A DNA stretch of 64,000 bases, taken from assembly GCA_964465795.1 (NCBI GenBank), contig CAYXLD010000001.1:5127-69126 (forward strand). Direction: 5' to 3'. Both the position numbers and the translations under genes were made by a program. The notes below the pieces were generated by a model, which saw only the letters and a list, made by a program, of their open reading frames with translations, was not told where the DNA came from and made no database searches. The first letter of the stretch is position 1, and every line of letters starts with the position of its first letter. The DNA is from Candidatus Woesearchaeota archaeon (GTDB lineage Archaea; Nanobdellota; Nanobdellia; Pacearchaeales; GW2011-AR1). Positions 7,910 through 17,611 of the stretch are shown here, in pieces.

Positions 7910-9013
7910 ATGGCTGAAATTACCCAAAAACAAAAACAGGAGCTTGAAGAATTAATAGATATAGTGGGCAGTATCCGCGGAAGGCATACAGAGTTAGTAA
8001 CTGTATATGTGCCTGCAGGATTCAACCTTTCAATAATAACAAAACAGCTAGAAGCTGAAAAATCAACTGCGGCAAATATAAAGTCTAAAGCAACAAGAAC
8101 CGCTGTTGAAGATTCCTTGGAAAGAATAATTAGAGAGCTAAAAAGTTATAAACAAAATACAAAAAATGGACTTGCAATTTTTTGCGGAAATATCTCGGAG
8201 AAAGAGGGGGTTCAAGATATAAAATTATGGGTCTACGAGCCTCCAAGACAATTAAATGTAAGGCTCTACAGATGCGACCAGATTTTTATTATAGATACAT
8301 TAAAAGAGCTATTAGAAGCTAGCGAAACTTATGGTCTTGTTGTAATGGACAGGCAGGAAGCAACAATAGGCTTTCTAGAAGGAAAGCAAATTAAAGTATT
8401 AAGGCATTTAACATCAGGTGTCCCTGGAAAAGTGCGTGCCGGGGGGCAATCTTCACAGCGTTTTGCTAGAATTACAGAAGGGCTAGCAAAAGAATTTTTC
8501 AGAAGAGTCGCAGATGCTATGAAAGATATCTTCTTCAATATGCCAAAACTAAAGGGCATCTTAATAGGCGGCCCTATGCCGACAAAAGAAGATTTTCTAA
8601 AAGAAGGCGATCTTGTTACAGCATTAAAAAATAAAGTAATAGCTATAAAAGATTTAGGTTATACAGACGAACACGGTTTAGAATTATTAGTAGAACAGTC
8701 TCAGCAAGATATCGCAGAACAGGAATTAATTAAAGAAAAAAATATCCTGACAAAATTCTTTGAAACATTGGGGAAGCATAGAGAAAAGGCAGCTTATGGT
8801 ATTGAAAAGGTTAAGCTAGCTATTGAAAGGGGCGCAGTAGAAATTCTCCTTATATCAAAAAAATTTCCAAAGAAATCAGCAGAAGAGCTGGAAAAAGCAG
8901 CCAATAATATTGGTTCTGAAGTAATTATAATATCTACAGAAAATCAAGACGGCGAACAATTTTACAATCTTACAAAGGGTGTTGGCGCCATCCTTCGTTT
9001 TCCTATAGAGTAA
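7910..9013 (+). CDS. prf1: Peptide chain release factor aRF1
   Basis: Universal GGQ motif in RAGGQSSQRFARI. Length and overall layout match archaeal aRF1/eRF1. Confidence 0.85.
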   Translation: MAEITQKQKQELEELIDIVGSIRGRHTELVTVYVPAGFNLSIITKQLEAEKSTAANIKSKATRTAVEDSLERIIRELKSYKQNTKNGLAIFCGNISEKEGVQDIKLWVYEPPRQLNVRLYRCDQIFIIDTLKELLEASETYGLVVMDRQEATIGFLEGKQIKVLRHLTSGVPGKVRAGGQSSQRFARITEGLAKEFFRRVADAMKDIFFNMPKLKGILIGGPMPTKEDFLKEGDLVTALKNKVIAIKDLGYTDEHGLELLVEQSQQDIAEQELIKEKNILTKFFETLGKHREKAAYGIEKVKLAIERGAVEILLISKKFPKKSAEELEKAANNIGSEVIIISTENQDGEQFYNLTKGVGAILRFPIE

Positions 9014-9067
9014 AAAATAAATATTCCATTGTAAAAATCTTTAAAACTAAAAAATACTAGGTAATTT

Positions 9068-9640
9068 ATGCCTAATTTAAAAAGAGGGTTAGAATCTCTT
9101 TTAATTGCATCAATATTATACTTAAACAGCTGCAATGTAGTAGCTAGAATTACAGAAAAAAATGAGGATTTAAAAACAAGAAACCTAGGATTTGATCCAT
9201 GTCACATTAACTCATGCGGCCCAAAGGCCCTCCACGATTTGTTTAAAGAATATAGTATAAAAAAAGAGCCAAAGGATATAAGCAAAGAAATTTTAAAAAA
9301 TAACTCAATAGGAAGCATTGCTAGGAATATCTTGGCAATTATTGATAATGAAGCTATGATGATAACTTGGCCTTGGGAGATTAAAGAAATATTGGAAAAA
9401 AATATTAATAGTAATATGTATGTAATATCAGTCAAATCAGGAAATAATCAATCGTTAGAATATAACTTAAAAAACTCCTCAATATACAATAAAGGAATTA
9501 TTCTAGTAAAAGACAAATCTTCCATTTTTTCATACCACTATATCTCTCTAAATTCTGGTGTAAATCTAATAAACTACTACGGAAAAAATACTGAAATTTG
9601 TAAGATATTCTATGTTGAATCGACAAAATCTGATAAATAA
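9068..9640 (+). CDS. Hypothetical secreted or lipoprotein-like protein; possible papain-like cysteine peptidase
   Basis: N-terminal hydrophobic segment ending LYLNSC (lipobox-like). Cys in NSCGPKALHDL resembles the Cys-Gly of C39/papain-like peptidases. Weak. Confidence 0.3.
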   Translation: MPNLKRGLESLLIASILYLNSCNVVARITEKNEDLKTRNLGFDPCHINSCGPKALHDLFKEYSIKKEPKDISKEILKNNSIGSIARNILAIIDNEAMMITWPWEIKEILEKNINSNMYVISVKSGNNQSLEYNLKNSSIYNKGIILVKDKSSIFSYHYISLNSGVNLINYYGKNTEICKIFYVESTKSDK

Positions 9641-9742
9641 CCTCTAAAACTGGAATATCTCTATTAGGCATTGTACTAAATTAGAAATCAACAAAGACAT
9701 AATAACAATAAACAATTTAAATACATTATCTCTTAAAAATAA

Positions 9743-11755
9743 ATGGAGAAAAAGAAGAAGAGGGATGAACTTATCTTAGAGGCGAAAAGCTTCTTTAATT
9801 CATATAAAAAAAATATTGTAGATACCGCGAGAGAAGGAGAAAGAGTAGTTAAAATAAAATTCACAGACTTATCAAAATTTTCTCCTGAACTGGCAGATAA
9901 TTTAATAGATAATCCTGAAGAAACCCTAGAGCTTATAGAATCTGCTCTAGAAGAATCTGAATATCTTAAAAACCCTAGAATAAGAATATTAGACTTGCCA
10001 TTAACTTCAAATATTAAAATAAGAAATATAAGAGCAAAACACCTTGATCAATTTATTGTCATAGAAGGAATTGTAAAACAGGCCTCTGATGTCAGACCTC
10101 AGGTTGTTAATGCCCGATTTGAGTGCCCTAGCTGTGGCGCAATACTTTCGGTTTTGCAGGTAGATAGAAAATTTAGAGAGCCTTCAAGATGTTCATGCCA
10201 ATGGAAAGGAGCTTTCAAACTCCTATCAAAAGAAATGGTGGACGTTCAAAGATTAGTTATAGAAGAATCGCCGGATTCTTTAGAGGGGGGAGAACAGCCA
10301 AGAAGAATTAATGTCTTTTTGAAAGAAGATCTAGTTGATCCAAAAATGGAGGAGCGTACAACTCCTGGAAGTAAAGTAAAAATTAATGGAGTTCTAAAAG
10401 AAATTCCAGTTCCTCTTCCTACTGGGATCTCTACTAGATTTGATATTGCATTGGAGGCAAATAATCTTATCCCGCAAGAAGAGTCATTTGAAGACTTAAA
10501 CATTTCAGAGGACGATATAAAAGAAATTTTAGAGTTAGCAGCAGATCCAGGAGTTTTTAAAAAACTAGCCCAAAGCATCGCACCGAGCATCTATGGATTT
10601 GAAAAGATAAAAGAAGCAATACTGTTGCAAATATTTAGCGGAGTAAAGAAAATAAAATCCGATGGCGGATCAACTAGGGGAGATATACATATTTTACTAG
10701 TAGGCGACCCAGGAGTAGCCAAATCAGTGATGCTAAAATTTATTTCAACTATTGGTCCTAAAGGAAGGTACGTTTCAGGAAAAGCAGCAACAGCAGCAGG
10801 CTTAACAGCTGCTGTTGTAAAAGATGAATTCCTCAAGGGCTGGTCTCTAGAAGCAGGTGCAATGGTTTTAAGCAATAAAGGCATTGTCTGCATTGATGAA
10901 ATAGAAAAAATGAATGAGCATGACAGATCTACAATGCATGAATCCATGGAACAACAGTCAATAACAATAGCCAAAGCAAATATTCATGCTACATTAAAAG
11001 CAGAAACAACTGTTCTTGCTGCAGGAAACCCTAAACTAGGTCGTTTTGATCCATATACCCCCATTCCGCAACAAATAGACATCTCTCCAGCTTTACTGTC
11101 AAGATTTGATGTAATATTTATAATAAGAGACTTGCCTAATAAAGTTCAGGATGAAGCAGTAGCCTCTCATGTCTTAGAAGAACATAAGCAAGAAGTAATT
11201 AGAGATATTATACCTCCAAAATTAATGCGAAAATATATTGCCTATGCCAAGCAAAAAGTGAAGCCGAAATTAACAGACGAAGCAATTGAAGAAATCAAAA
11301 ATTTCTATGTAAAACTAAGAAACCAATCAGTAAAATCAGATTCTGACATAAAGCCAATTCCGATAACAGCCAGGCAATTAGAAGGAATAATAAGGCTTGC
11401 CGAAGCAAATGCAAAATTACATCTAAATAAAAAAGTAACAGTAAAAGACGCAAAAATTGCAATAGATTTATTAAAAACATCATTATCGCAGGTAGGATAC
11501 GATGAAGAAGCTCAAATATTCGACATTGACAAAATTACAACTGGAATAACCTCTTCAAAAAGAGGAAAAATAATACTTGTCAAAGAAGCTATTTCTAGAT
11601 TAGAGTCTCAGTTGGGAAAATTAATACCTATAGAAGAATTAGAAAAGTCACTGACAGACAAAATTTCTAAAATTGAATTAGAAGAAGCAATAGAGCAGCT
11701 ATCAAAAATTGGAGACATCTTCAAGCCAAAAAATGGATATATTCAAAAAATATAG
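9743..11755 (+). CDS. mcm: MCM replicative helicase
   Basis: Walker A GDPGVAKS, Walker B CIDEIEKM, arginine finger SRFDVIFI, and a zinc-finger CxxC...C N-terminal domain. 670 aa. Confidence 0.9.
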   Translation: MEKKKKRDELILEAKSFFNSYKKNIVDTAREGERVVKIKFTDLSKFSPELADNLIDNPEETLELIESALEESEYLKNPRIRILDLPLTSNIKIRNIRAKHLDQFIVIEGIVKQASDVRPQVVNARFECPSCGAILSVLQVDRKFREPSRCSCQWKGAFKLLSKEMVDVQRLVIEESPDSLEGGEQPRRINVFLKEDLVDPKMEERTTPGSKVKINGVLKEIPVPLPTGISTRFDIALEANNLIPQEESFEDLNISEDDIKEILELAADPGVFKKLAQSIAPSIYGFEKIKEAILLQIFSGVKKIKSDGGSTRGDIHILLVGDPGVAKSVMLKFISTIGPKGRYVSGKAATAAGLTAAVVKDEFLKGWSLEAGAMVLSNKGIVCIDEIEKMNEHDRSTMHESMEQQSITIAKANIHATLKAETTVLAAGNPKLGRFDPYTPIPQQIDISPALLSRFDVIFIIRDLPNKVQDEAVASHVLEEHKQEVIRDIIPPKLMRKYIAYAKQKVKPKLTDEAIEEIKNFYVKLRNQSVKSDSDIKPIPITARQLEGIIRLAEANAKLHLNKKVTVKDAKIAIDLLKTSLSQVGYDEEAQIFDIDKITTGITSSKRGKIILVKEAISRLESQLGKLIPIEELEKSLTDKISKIELEEAIEQLSKIGDIFKPKNGYIQKI

Positions 11756-11850
11756 ATATTAATATTCACCACTAATCAATCAATTTTTAAAAATAAATCA
11801 TTTCATTCTATTAAACAAAAACATTTAAAGTCTTAATTCCAAGTCACAAT

Positions 11851-12516
11851 ATGGCTGAAAATCAAAAAGAGGAAATAGTCTCACAATCAGTCACATCAAA
11901 TATAAATGCTGAGCAATTCAAAAGACATATTGCATTTAAATACAGAATTGGAAGCATTTTATCAGGCAAACCTATACTAGAAAATGAGAAGTTAAAATAT
12001 CTTGATATAAATAATAAAAATGTTTTAAGAATTAACATAATCGCCAATGTTGTAGATAAATTTCTTCAAGAAGGCGAAAAAAGATATGGCTCAATAACAT
12101 TGGATGACGCAACAGGGCAAATTAGAATGAAAGCATTCGGTGAAGAAGTGGAGAAATTTTCCAATCTTAATCAAGGCGACAGTATCTTATTAATTGGCTT
12201 GCTAAGACATTGGAAAGATGAAATTTATGTTTCTCCAGAAATAATAAAGAAAAAAGACCCTGCCTTTCTTTTAATCAGAAAACTTGAACTAGAAGCAGAA
12301 GAGCCAAAGTCAATTGATAAAAATATTCTTCTTCAACTGAAGGATAAAATCATGCAGACAGTAAAAGAAGAAGAAAAAAACAACGGGGTAGAAATTGAAA
12401 AATTAATACTTGATCTAAAAGAATCCCCAGATATAATAAACCAAGAAATTAAAAAATTACTGGAAGACGGCAAAGTCTATGAGCCTCGCCCGGGGAAATT
12501 AAGGTATTTAGGATAA
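11851..12516 (+). CDS. OB-fold plus C-terminal winged-helix protein, RPA32-like (putative ssDNA-binding protein)
   Basis: Central region VLRINIIANVVDKF..GSITLDDATGQIRMKAFGEEVEKF looks like an OB/tRNA_anti fold. C-terminus IKKLLEDGKVYEPRPGKLRYLG is winged-helix-like. Sits directly downstream of mcm. Confidence 0.35.
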   Translation: MAENQKEEIVSQSVTSNINAEQFKRHIAFKYRIGSILSGKPILENEKLKYLDINNKNVLRINIIANVVDKFLQEGEKRYGSITLDDATGQIRMKAFGEEVEKFSNLNQGDSILLIGLLRHWKDEIYVSPEIIKKKDPAFLLIRKLELEAEEPKSIDKNILLQLKDKIMQTVKEEEKNNGVEIEKLILDLKESPDIINQEIKKLLEDGKVYEPRPGKLRYLG

Positions 12517-13008
12517 TTTTTTGCACAGATAATTTAAATAAACATGTCTTTTCTCTTTAACTTCTGATGTATGAATAATATTAAAATTTCTTTCTAAACC
12601 CTTTCTAAGCTCTTCATAGTTATAAAGAGAAAAAAATCTTTTTTTTCCAAAATATCTTTCATCATTAATCCATCCTTCAAAATCTCCTTCCTTCATACCA
12701 ATATAAAAAATGCCTTCTTCTTTTATTAATTCAGTTATTTCATCTAAAACCAAATAAAAATTTAATTTAGGCATATATAATAAAAAAGTATATGCCCAAA
12801 TTCCATGAAAAGATTCTTTATCAAAAGCTAAATTTTCTACGTCCATAATAATAGCATCCAATCTTTTATTTTTGCACAATTCTACCATCTTTAAAGAAAT
12901 ATCAATACATTTTGGTTTCAAACCTTTATTTTTAAAAAATAAAGCGTCTCTACCCGTTCCACATCCAATATCTAAAACACGTTCGCCTCTCAAATTTGCA
13001 ATAAACAA
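12508..13008 (-). CDS. Class I SAM-dependent methyltransferase
   Basis: VLDIGCGTGRDALFF glycine-rich SAM-binding motif. Confidence 0.65.
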   Translation of the reverse strand: MFIANLRGERVLDIGCGTGRDALFFKNKGLKPKCIDISLKMVELCKNKRLDAIIMDVENLAFDKESFHGIWAYTFLLYMPKLNFYLVLDEITELIKEEGIFYIGMKEGDFEGWINDERYFGKKRFFSLYNYEELRKGLERNFNIIHTSEVKEKRHVYLNYLCKKLS

Positions 13009-13255
13009 TTTAGCATCGTCTAAAATATAATCAACTAAATAATTCTCCTTCTACTCGCATATTTTTCAGCATTTTCGTTATAAAATCTCTTTATATCTTC
13101 TTTATAAAACATATAAAATACAAAAAATCTCTATTATATTAAGATTACTATATTAAAAATCATTAACAGCATAGCTTGTAGCCTGCCATTCTTCAACACA
13201 AAAAAGCCAGTCAATAATTCCTTCTCTCTTGTTCTCCACAACACGATTAAAATGT

Positions 13256-13636
13256 TTATATATGGTATAATTCATGCCCCAAACCTTGCCTATTTCTGAC
13301 GCTGCCTAAACCTATTTTAAAACCGTTCTCCAAAGATCCTTCGGCATTAGCTATGTATTCAGCAGAATTGAGAAATTCCAAGTCAATTTTTAAATTCTCC
13401 AGACCCAGTTTTTTCTTTTCTATTTCCAGATCCATTCTAGCCTCCTCAATAGAAATGTATTTCTTATCACTGTCTAAAATTAAATTATTTCTTATTCCAT
13501 TAATGCATCCTGGAATTTCAAATAAAAAATAACAAACTGCTCCCTGATAAAATAATTTAAACAGCTTATCAATTCTGCTCTCTTTATAATCTAAAGACAA
13601 ACCGTACTTTCTTTCAAAGTCTTCAGCATAATTCAT
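13256..13636 (-). CDS. Hypothetical protein ending in an HELYH (HExxH) motif; possibly continues in another frame into a 49-aa ORF (~13128..13275)
   Basis: C-terminal ...GLGHELYHI* with a second ORF (MNYTIYKHFNRVVENKREGIIDWLFCVEEWQAT...) overlapping the end. Possible frameshifted metallopeptidase-like gene. Confidence 0.3.
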   Translation of the reverse strand: MNYAEDFERKYGLSLDYKESRIDKLFKLFYQGAVCYFLFEIPGCINGIRNNLILDSDKKYISIEEARMDLEIEKKKLGLENLKIDLEFLNSAEYIANAEGSLENGFKIGLGSVRNRQGLGHELYHI

Positions 13637-13666
13637 TAAATCACATAAAATTCAAACTAGTTAAAT

Positions 13667-14260
13667 CTATTTCCTAATACCCAACTTTTGCCATAAATTT
13701 TTCTTATTGGGTCTATTGAGCCTCAAAGCAAACCATACTATAATTATTAAAGCAGCCAATAGAAGCAAAAATCTCCAAATACTGCTAAAATTTCTCCAAT
13801 TTATCACAGCACCCCAGAATATAGCCCATATTCCGCTTCCTATTAAAGCGCTTCCAACAGGCTCTGTGCTTAGCAAACTATATCCAACGATTAAAGTAAT
13901 AATACCCATTATTACTGCGATAACAAACACAACTTTAGCATGCGCCTTATCAGCCTCTTCAAAATCTCTCTGGCAATAATCGCATGCTTTTACAGATACA
14001 TAGCATCCTTTATCATCATAATCATATATTGGATTCCCCTTTTCAGCATAGCATTTAGATTCAGCATCTCTCAACTCTTGAGAATAATTACAGCTTTCAC
14101 CAGCAGGCAAAGTTTTAGGATAATAAGCCTCGAACCTTCCAGCAGTGCAAAAATCATCATATTGCGGTGAAGGATAAAATGCTTCAATTCCCTGCCATAA
14201 TACCAAAGCATAGACTATAACAATCCCAATTCCAAGAACAATATTCTTAAACTTTATCAT
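13667..14260 (-). CDS. Membrane protein with a cysteine-rich extracytoplasmic loop
   Basis: N-terminal TM, a loop with 8 Cys (CTAGR...CNYSQ...CYAEKG...CYVSVKACDYCQRD), then 3 C-terminal TM helices. Confidence 0.45.
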   Translation of the reverse strand: MIKFKNIVLGIGIVIVYALVLWQGIEAFYPSPQYDDFCTAGRFEAYYPKTLPAGESCNYSQELRDAESKCYAEKGNPIYDYDDKGCYVSVKACDYCQRDFEEADKAHAKVVFVIAVIMGIITLIVGYSLLSTEPVGSALIGSGIWAIFWGAVINWRNFSSIWRFLLLLAALIIIVWFALRLNRPNKKNLWQKLGIRK

Positions 14261-14308
14261 AGAAAAATAAATAAGCTAATGTATTTAAATCCTTCTTTGA
14301 CTTCAAAT

Positions 14309-14659
14309 TTAATCTGAATTTTCTCCAAGAATGTAAAGATTCCATCTTCCAAAACTCCCCGCTATCCAATCAGATTCATTTTTCCAAGATATAAAGTCAT
14401 CTAATCTATCTGGAACTTCATCTAAAGCTATTTTTCTTATATTGCCAACAGAGCAATCTATTGGATAAATCGCCTCTGCAAAATCCCTATAAGAAAAATT
14501 ACAGTCTGCCCCTAATAGCTATCTCAATTGTGCCCTATATCTTATGATTTCATCGAGCACTACTCCAAAAGCCCCAGAATTAGATTCATGCCAAGAATCG
14601 CTAATTTCACGCATTACTTTTAGAGTATTTTCTCTAGGATTTAAAATACTCCCCGTCAT
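14309..14659 (-). pseudogene. 116-codon ORF interrupted by an in-frame TAG (plus positions 14519-14521); hypothetical
   Basis: Hand translation: MTGSILNPRENTLKVMREISDSWHESNSGAFGVVLDEIIRYRAQLR*LLGADCNFSYRDFAEAIYPIDCSVGNIRKIALDEVPDRLDDFISWKNESDWIAGSFGRWNLYILGENSD. TAG is used as a genuine stop elsewhere in this window (mcm ends in TAG). Confidence 0.3.
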
Positions 14660-14912
14660 ACAATGATGATTGCATGCATTTCCCGCAGTTTAATGTTTAA
14701 TTGGAACCCATTCTCTCCCTTCTTTAAAATCATATTTATCTTTAACAGCCAAAACCAAACTAGGCAATTTTTCTTTTGGAAGATAAAAATATTGATTTTC
14801 TTCGAAGTCTTTCATGAAATAACAAATTATCTTTATATTAAAAATATTTGTATAAATTATCATATAAATCGTTCTCCAACATCTTTTTAAACTTCTCTCA
14901 TCTAAAAATTCA

Positions 14913-15323
14913 ATGGAAAGTTACGAAGAACTTTTAAAAAAGGCGTATCAAAAGGTAAAGGTAGTCAGTAAAAACTCAGAAAGGTTTGAAATTCCAAAAG
15001 TCCAAGGTCAGGTTGCAGGTAAAAATACAATAATCACAAATATCTCCCAGATTTCTTCCTATATAAGGCGTCCTTTGGATCAACTAGCAAAATTCCTCCA
15101 AAAAGAGTTGGCTGCTGCAGGAAAAATAGAAAACGACCGTTTAATATTAAACACAAAATTAAATTCACAAAAAGTAAATGAAAAAATTGAATTATACACA
15201 AAAGAATTTGTTATCTGTCCGGTTTGCACAAAGCCAGACACAGAAATAATATCTGAAAAAGGAATTAAGTTTAAACACTGCCTTGCTTGCGGCGCGAAAT
15301 CCCCGGTCAAATATGGTCTATAA
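14913..15323 (+). CDS. eif2b: Translation initiation factor aIF-2 beta subunit
   Basis: C-terminal C4 zinc ribbon CPVCTKPDT...CLACGA and a conserved N-terminal helix; about 136 aa. Confidence 0.75.
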   Translation: MESYEELLKKAYQKVKVVSKNSERFEIPKVQGQVAGKNTIITNISQISSYIRRPLDQLAKFLQKELAAAGKIENDRLILNTKLNSQKVNEKIELYTKEFVICPVCTKPDTEIISEKGIKFKHCLACGAKSPVKYGL

Positions 15324-15368
15324 AAAGTTGGTTGTTGAACTCATCAAAAACCGCAGGAGATTTTAATA

Positions 15369-15665
15369 ATGTATATAAAAATACATAGATCCTATAGAAA
15401 CGTTGTGGCTTTGTGCGATGCTGATTTAACAGGCAAAATATTTGAAGAAGGAAAAAGAATATTAAATTGCAGAGAGAATTTCTATAAAGACAGAAAAATA
15501 ACGAAAGAAGAAGCAATAAAAATCCTAAAAAAGGAATCAGATGAAGACGCTACTTTCAACATCATAGGAAAAAAATCAATTCAAGCAACTATAGAAGCAG
15601 GAATAATAACAAAAAAAGATGTAGCAATGATTGATAACGTTCCTTTTGCATTGATCTTATTATAA
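15369..15665 (+). CDS. Conserved archaeal small protein (DUF424-like)
   Basis: MYIKIHRSYRNVVALCDADLTGKIF resembles the DUF424 N-terminus (KVHR....V.A.CDE.LLGK.F). Confidence 0.35.
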   Translation: MYIKIHRSYRNVVALCDADLTGKIFEEGKRILNCRENFYKDRKITKEEAIKILKKESDEDATFNIIGKKSIQATIEAGIITKKDVAMIDNVPFALILL

Positions 15666-15870
15666 GATAATTTTTTATATCAGCCCGCTTTAATAGAAGT
15701 ATAGTAGAAATCGATAAGATATTATAGAACAAAGAAAAAGTCCTTTGGCAAGGAAAACCAAAAACAAATCCAGGCTATAACAGCGATTACAATCCCTATT
15801 AATAAACCTCCTCTTCTATCTAGATAAAACAAAACCAAACTTTAAAAAACATCGATTTTCTAGATATTAT

Positions 15871-16356
15871 ATGCAAACAATAATTTTTGATAAAACATCA
15901 GAAGTTAGAAAGAATAAAGCCCTCTTAGAAGAAAAGCTTAATATAAATATGAAAATCATTAGGAGAAAAGTAATCTTTGAAGGGCCTTCATTAGAAGAAT
16001 ATGAAGCTTCACTAGTTTTGGATGCGATAAATATCGGATTTTCAGCAAAAAAGGCACTCTCTTTGAAAGAAGAATCAAAAATATTCAGAGTCCTAAATAT
16101 AAAAAATATAACAAGGAAAAAAAATCTAGAGGAGGTAAGAGCGCGCGTTATTGGATCAAAAGGAAAAACAAAAAGAACACTTGAAAATATTTCTAATTGT
16201 GAAATAGTCATTAAAGGGAATGAAATGGGCATAATCGGAGAGGCAGAATCAATAGAAAACACAATTACAGGAATATCTAATCTAATCCGCGGCACAAAAG
16301 AAGCAAATACGTACCGCTATTTGGAAAAGATTAATAGAAAAAGAAAGTTGAAATAA
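15871..16356 (+). CDS. KH-domain RNA-binding protein (Pno1/Dim2-like)
   Basis: Two KH-like segments with G-x-x-G loops (VIGSKGKTKRTLE... and IIGEAESIENTITGI). Confidence 0.65.
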   Translation: MQTIIFDKTSEVRKNKALLEEKLNINMKIIRRKVIFEGPSLEEYEASLVLDAINIGFSAKKALSLKEESKIFRVLNIKNITRKKNLEEVRARVIGSKGKTKRTLENISNCEIVIKGNEMGIIGEAESIENTITGISNLIRGTKEANTYRYLEKINRKRKLK

Positions 16357-16411
16357 TTCAATTAACAATTAACAACAACGTTTATAAAACCCTTTTATCT
16401 TCCATTTCTAA

Positions 16412-16506
16412 GACCTCGTAGCTCAGCTGGTAGAGCACATGGCTGTTAAAATAAATTAAAAATTACAGCAACCATGGGGTCGGAGGTTCGAGTCCTCCCG
16501 AGGTCG
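16412..16506 (+). tRNA. tRNA-Asn (anticodon GTT) with a ~22-nt intron at the canonical 37/38 position
   Basis: Acceptor GACCTCG/CGAGGTC plus discriminator G. D-arm GCTC-AGCTGGTA-GAGC. Anticodon stem CATGG/CCATG with loop CTGTTAA, where GTT is at 16445-16447. Intron ~16449-16470. T-arm GGAGG-TTCGAGT-CCTCC. CCA is not encoded. Confidence 0.7.
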
Positions 16507-16520
16507 TTACATTAAAAGGT

Positions 16521-16727
16521 TCAAATTATCCATGCTAAAATTCCTGCAATAATTAAAATGATAATTAGTAAAATAATGAAAAACTTCTTTCTCTTTTCTC
16601 TATCTTTCCTGTCATAATATTCTTCATAACCCTTATCTATATCTTCTCTTTGTTCTTTGTTCAATTTTGATTTTTCAGCTTTTGAATAATCAAAGCTCAT
16701 CATTCCGCCAGTATTTACTCTCTCCAT
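16521..16727 (-). CDS. Small C-terminally TM-anchored protein
   Basis: Highly charged N-terminus, then FFIILLIIILIIAGILAWII. Confidence 0.3.
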   Translation of the reverse strand: MERVNTGGMMSFDYSKAEKSKLNKEQREDIDKGYEEYYDRKDREKRKKFFIILLIIILIIAGILAWII

Positions 16728-16764
16728 AGTTATATTTCATAATAAAAAATGTTTATAAATATTT

Positions 16765-17583
16765 CTAAACTTTCTTCCTATCCAAATACCCTTTAATCAA
16801 AGATTCAAAGAAACTAACACTTTCCTCCCAAATAATAATCAATTCCTTAGGATTTTTATAAAGATTATCAAATACATTAAAATAGTCATATAATCTCTTT
16901 ATCTCCATTAATGGTTCTAAATCAATCTCAAGAAAAACATTTGCTAATTCCTCTAAAGCAGAAAATCTACTTTTTCTAACAGTTCTATCCATCAAATGCA
17001 AAACTTGCTTAGAACCTCTACTTACAGCATTCAAGCTTTTACTAAATTTCTCCAAAAATCTCAGATAATTATTCTGCTTATCATATTCAGAAAAAAATAA
17101 TCCTATTCTAGATTTTCTCAAATTAAATCTTAAAGGATCTTGATCTGAAAATCTAGGAAGTTGAAAATTAAAGCTAGACCTAAAATCTTTTCCTACAACA
17201 ACCTCTCCCTCACTATCGAAATACTCCTTAAAATTAGGTTGATAAGTATTGAATGTTCCCTCTTGCATTGTTCTTAAATCACTAACAGTCACTTGAAAAG
17301 GAACTGTATTGCCTTTTTTTGCTTCCACAAAAACACTATATGTCCTATTCAAAATTTCTTTATCAATAACAATCTCTCCAGGCAAAATAAGCAACGCATC
17401 AATATCACTTCTACCAAATTTACAATCTTGTCTTACATATGACCTATATATCATTAAGCTAATTCCCTCTTCATTCAAATCTTCTAATCCAGAGCTAAAT
17501 CTATTTAAAAATGAGGTATAATCTCTCCTAGAAGGTCTTTTTTCATCATATCCCAATACAATATGGGGCCATAATCTCAACAT
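16765..17583 (-). CDS. Nucleotidyltransferase-domain protein (start taken at the internal Met so it does not overlap mnmA)
   Basis: G(R)SDIDALLIL resembles the minimal nucleotidyltransferase [GS]-x-D-h-D motif. Otherwise unrecognised. Confidence 0.35.
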   Translation of the reverse strand: MLRLWPHIVLGYDEKRPSRRDYTSFLNRFSSGLEDLNEEGISLMIYRSYVRQDCKFGRSDIDALLILPGEIVIDKEILNRTYSVFVEAKKGNTVPFQVTVSDLRTMQEGTFNTYQPNFKEYFDSEGEVVVGKDFRSSFNFQLPRFSDQDPLRFNLRKSRIGLFFSEYDKQNNYLRFLEKFSKSLNAVSRGSKQVLHLMDRTVRKSRFSALEELANVFLEIDLEPLMEIKRLYDYFNVFDNLYKNPKELIIIWEESVSFFESLIKGYLDRKKV

Positions 17584-17611
17584 TTTTAAACATTCTATCA
17601 GTCGAATAAAT

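Noticed and set aside
10246-10974. Two antisense ORFs (114 and 127 aa) inside mcm
   Set aside because: They lie entirely within the confidently identified MCM helicase gene on the opposite strand, are low-complexity (Ser/Pro-rich) and have no motifs. They are typical shadow ORFs.
15867-16295. 142-aa minus-strand ORF
   Set aside because: Completely overlapped by the plus-strand KH-domain gene, which has clear G-x-x-G KH motifs. It is an antisense artefact.
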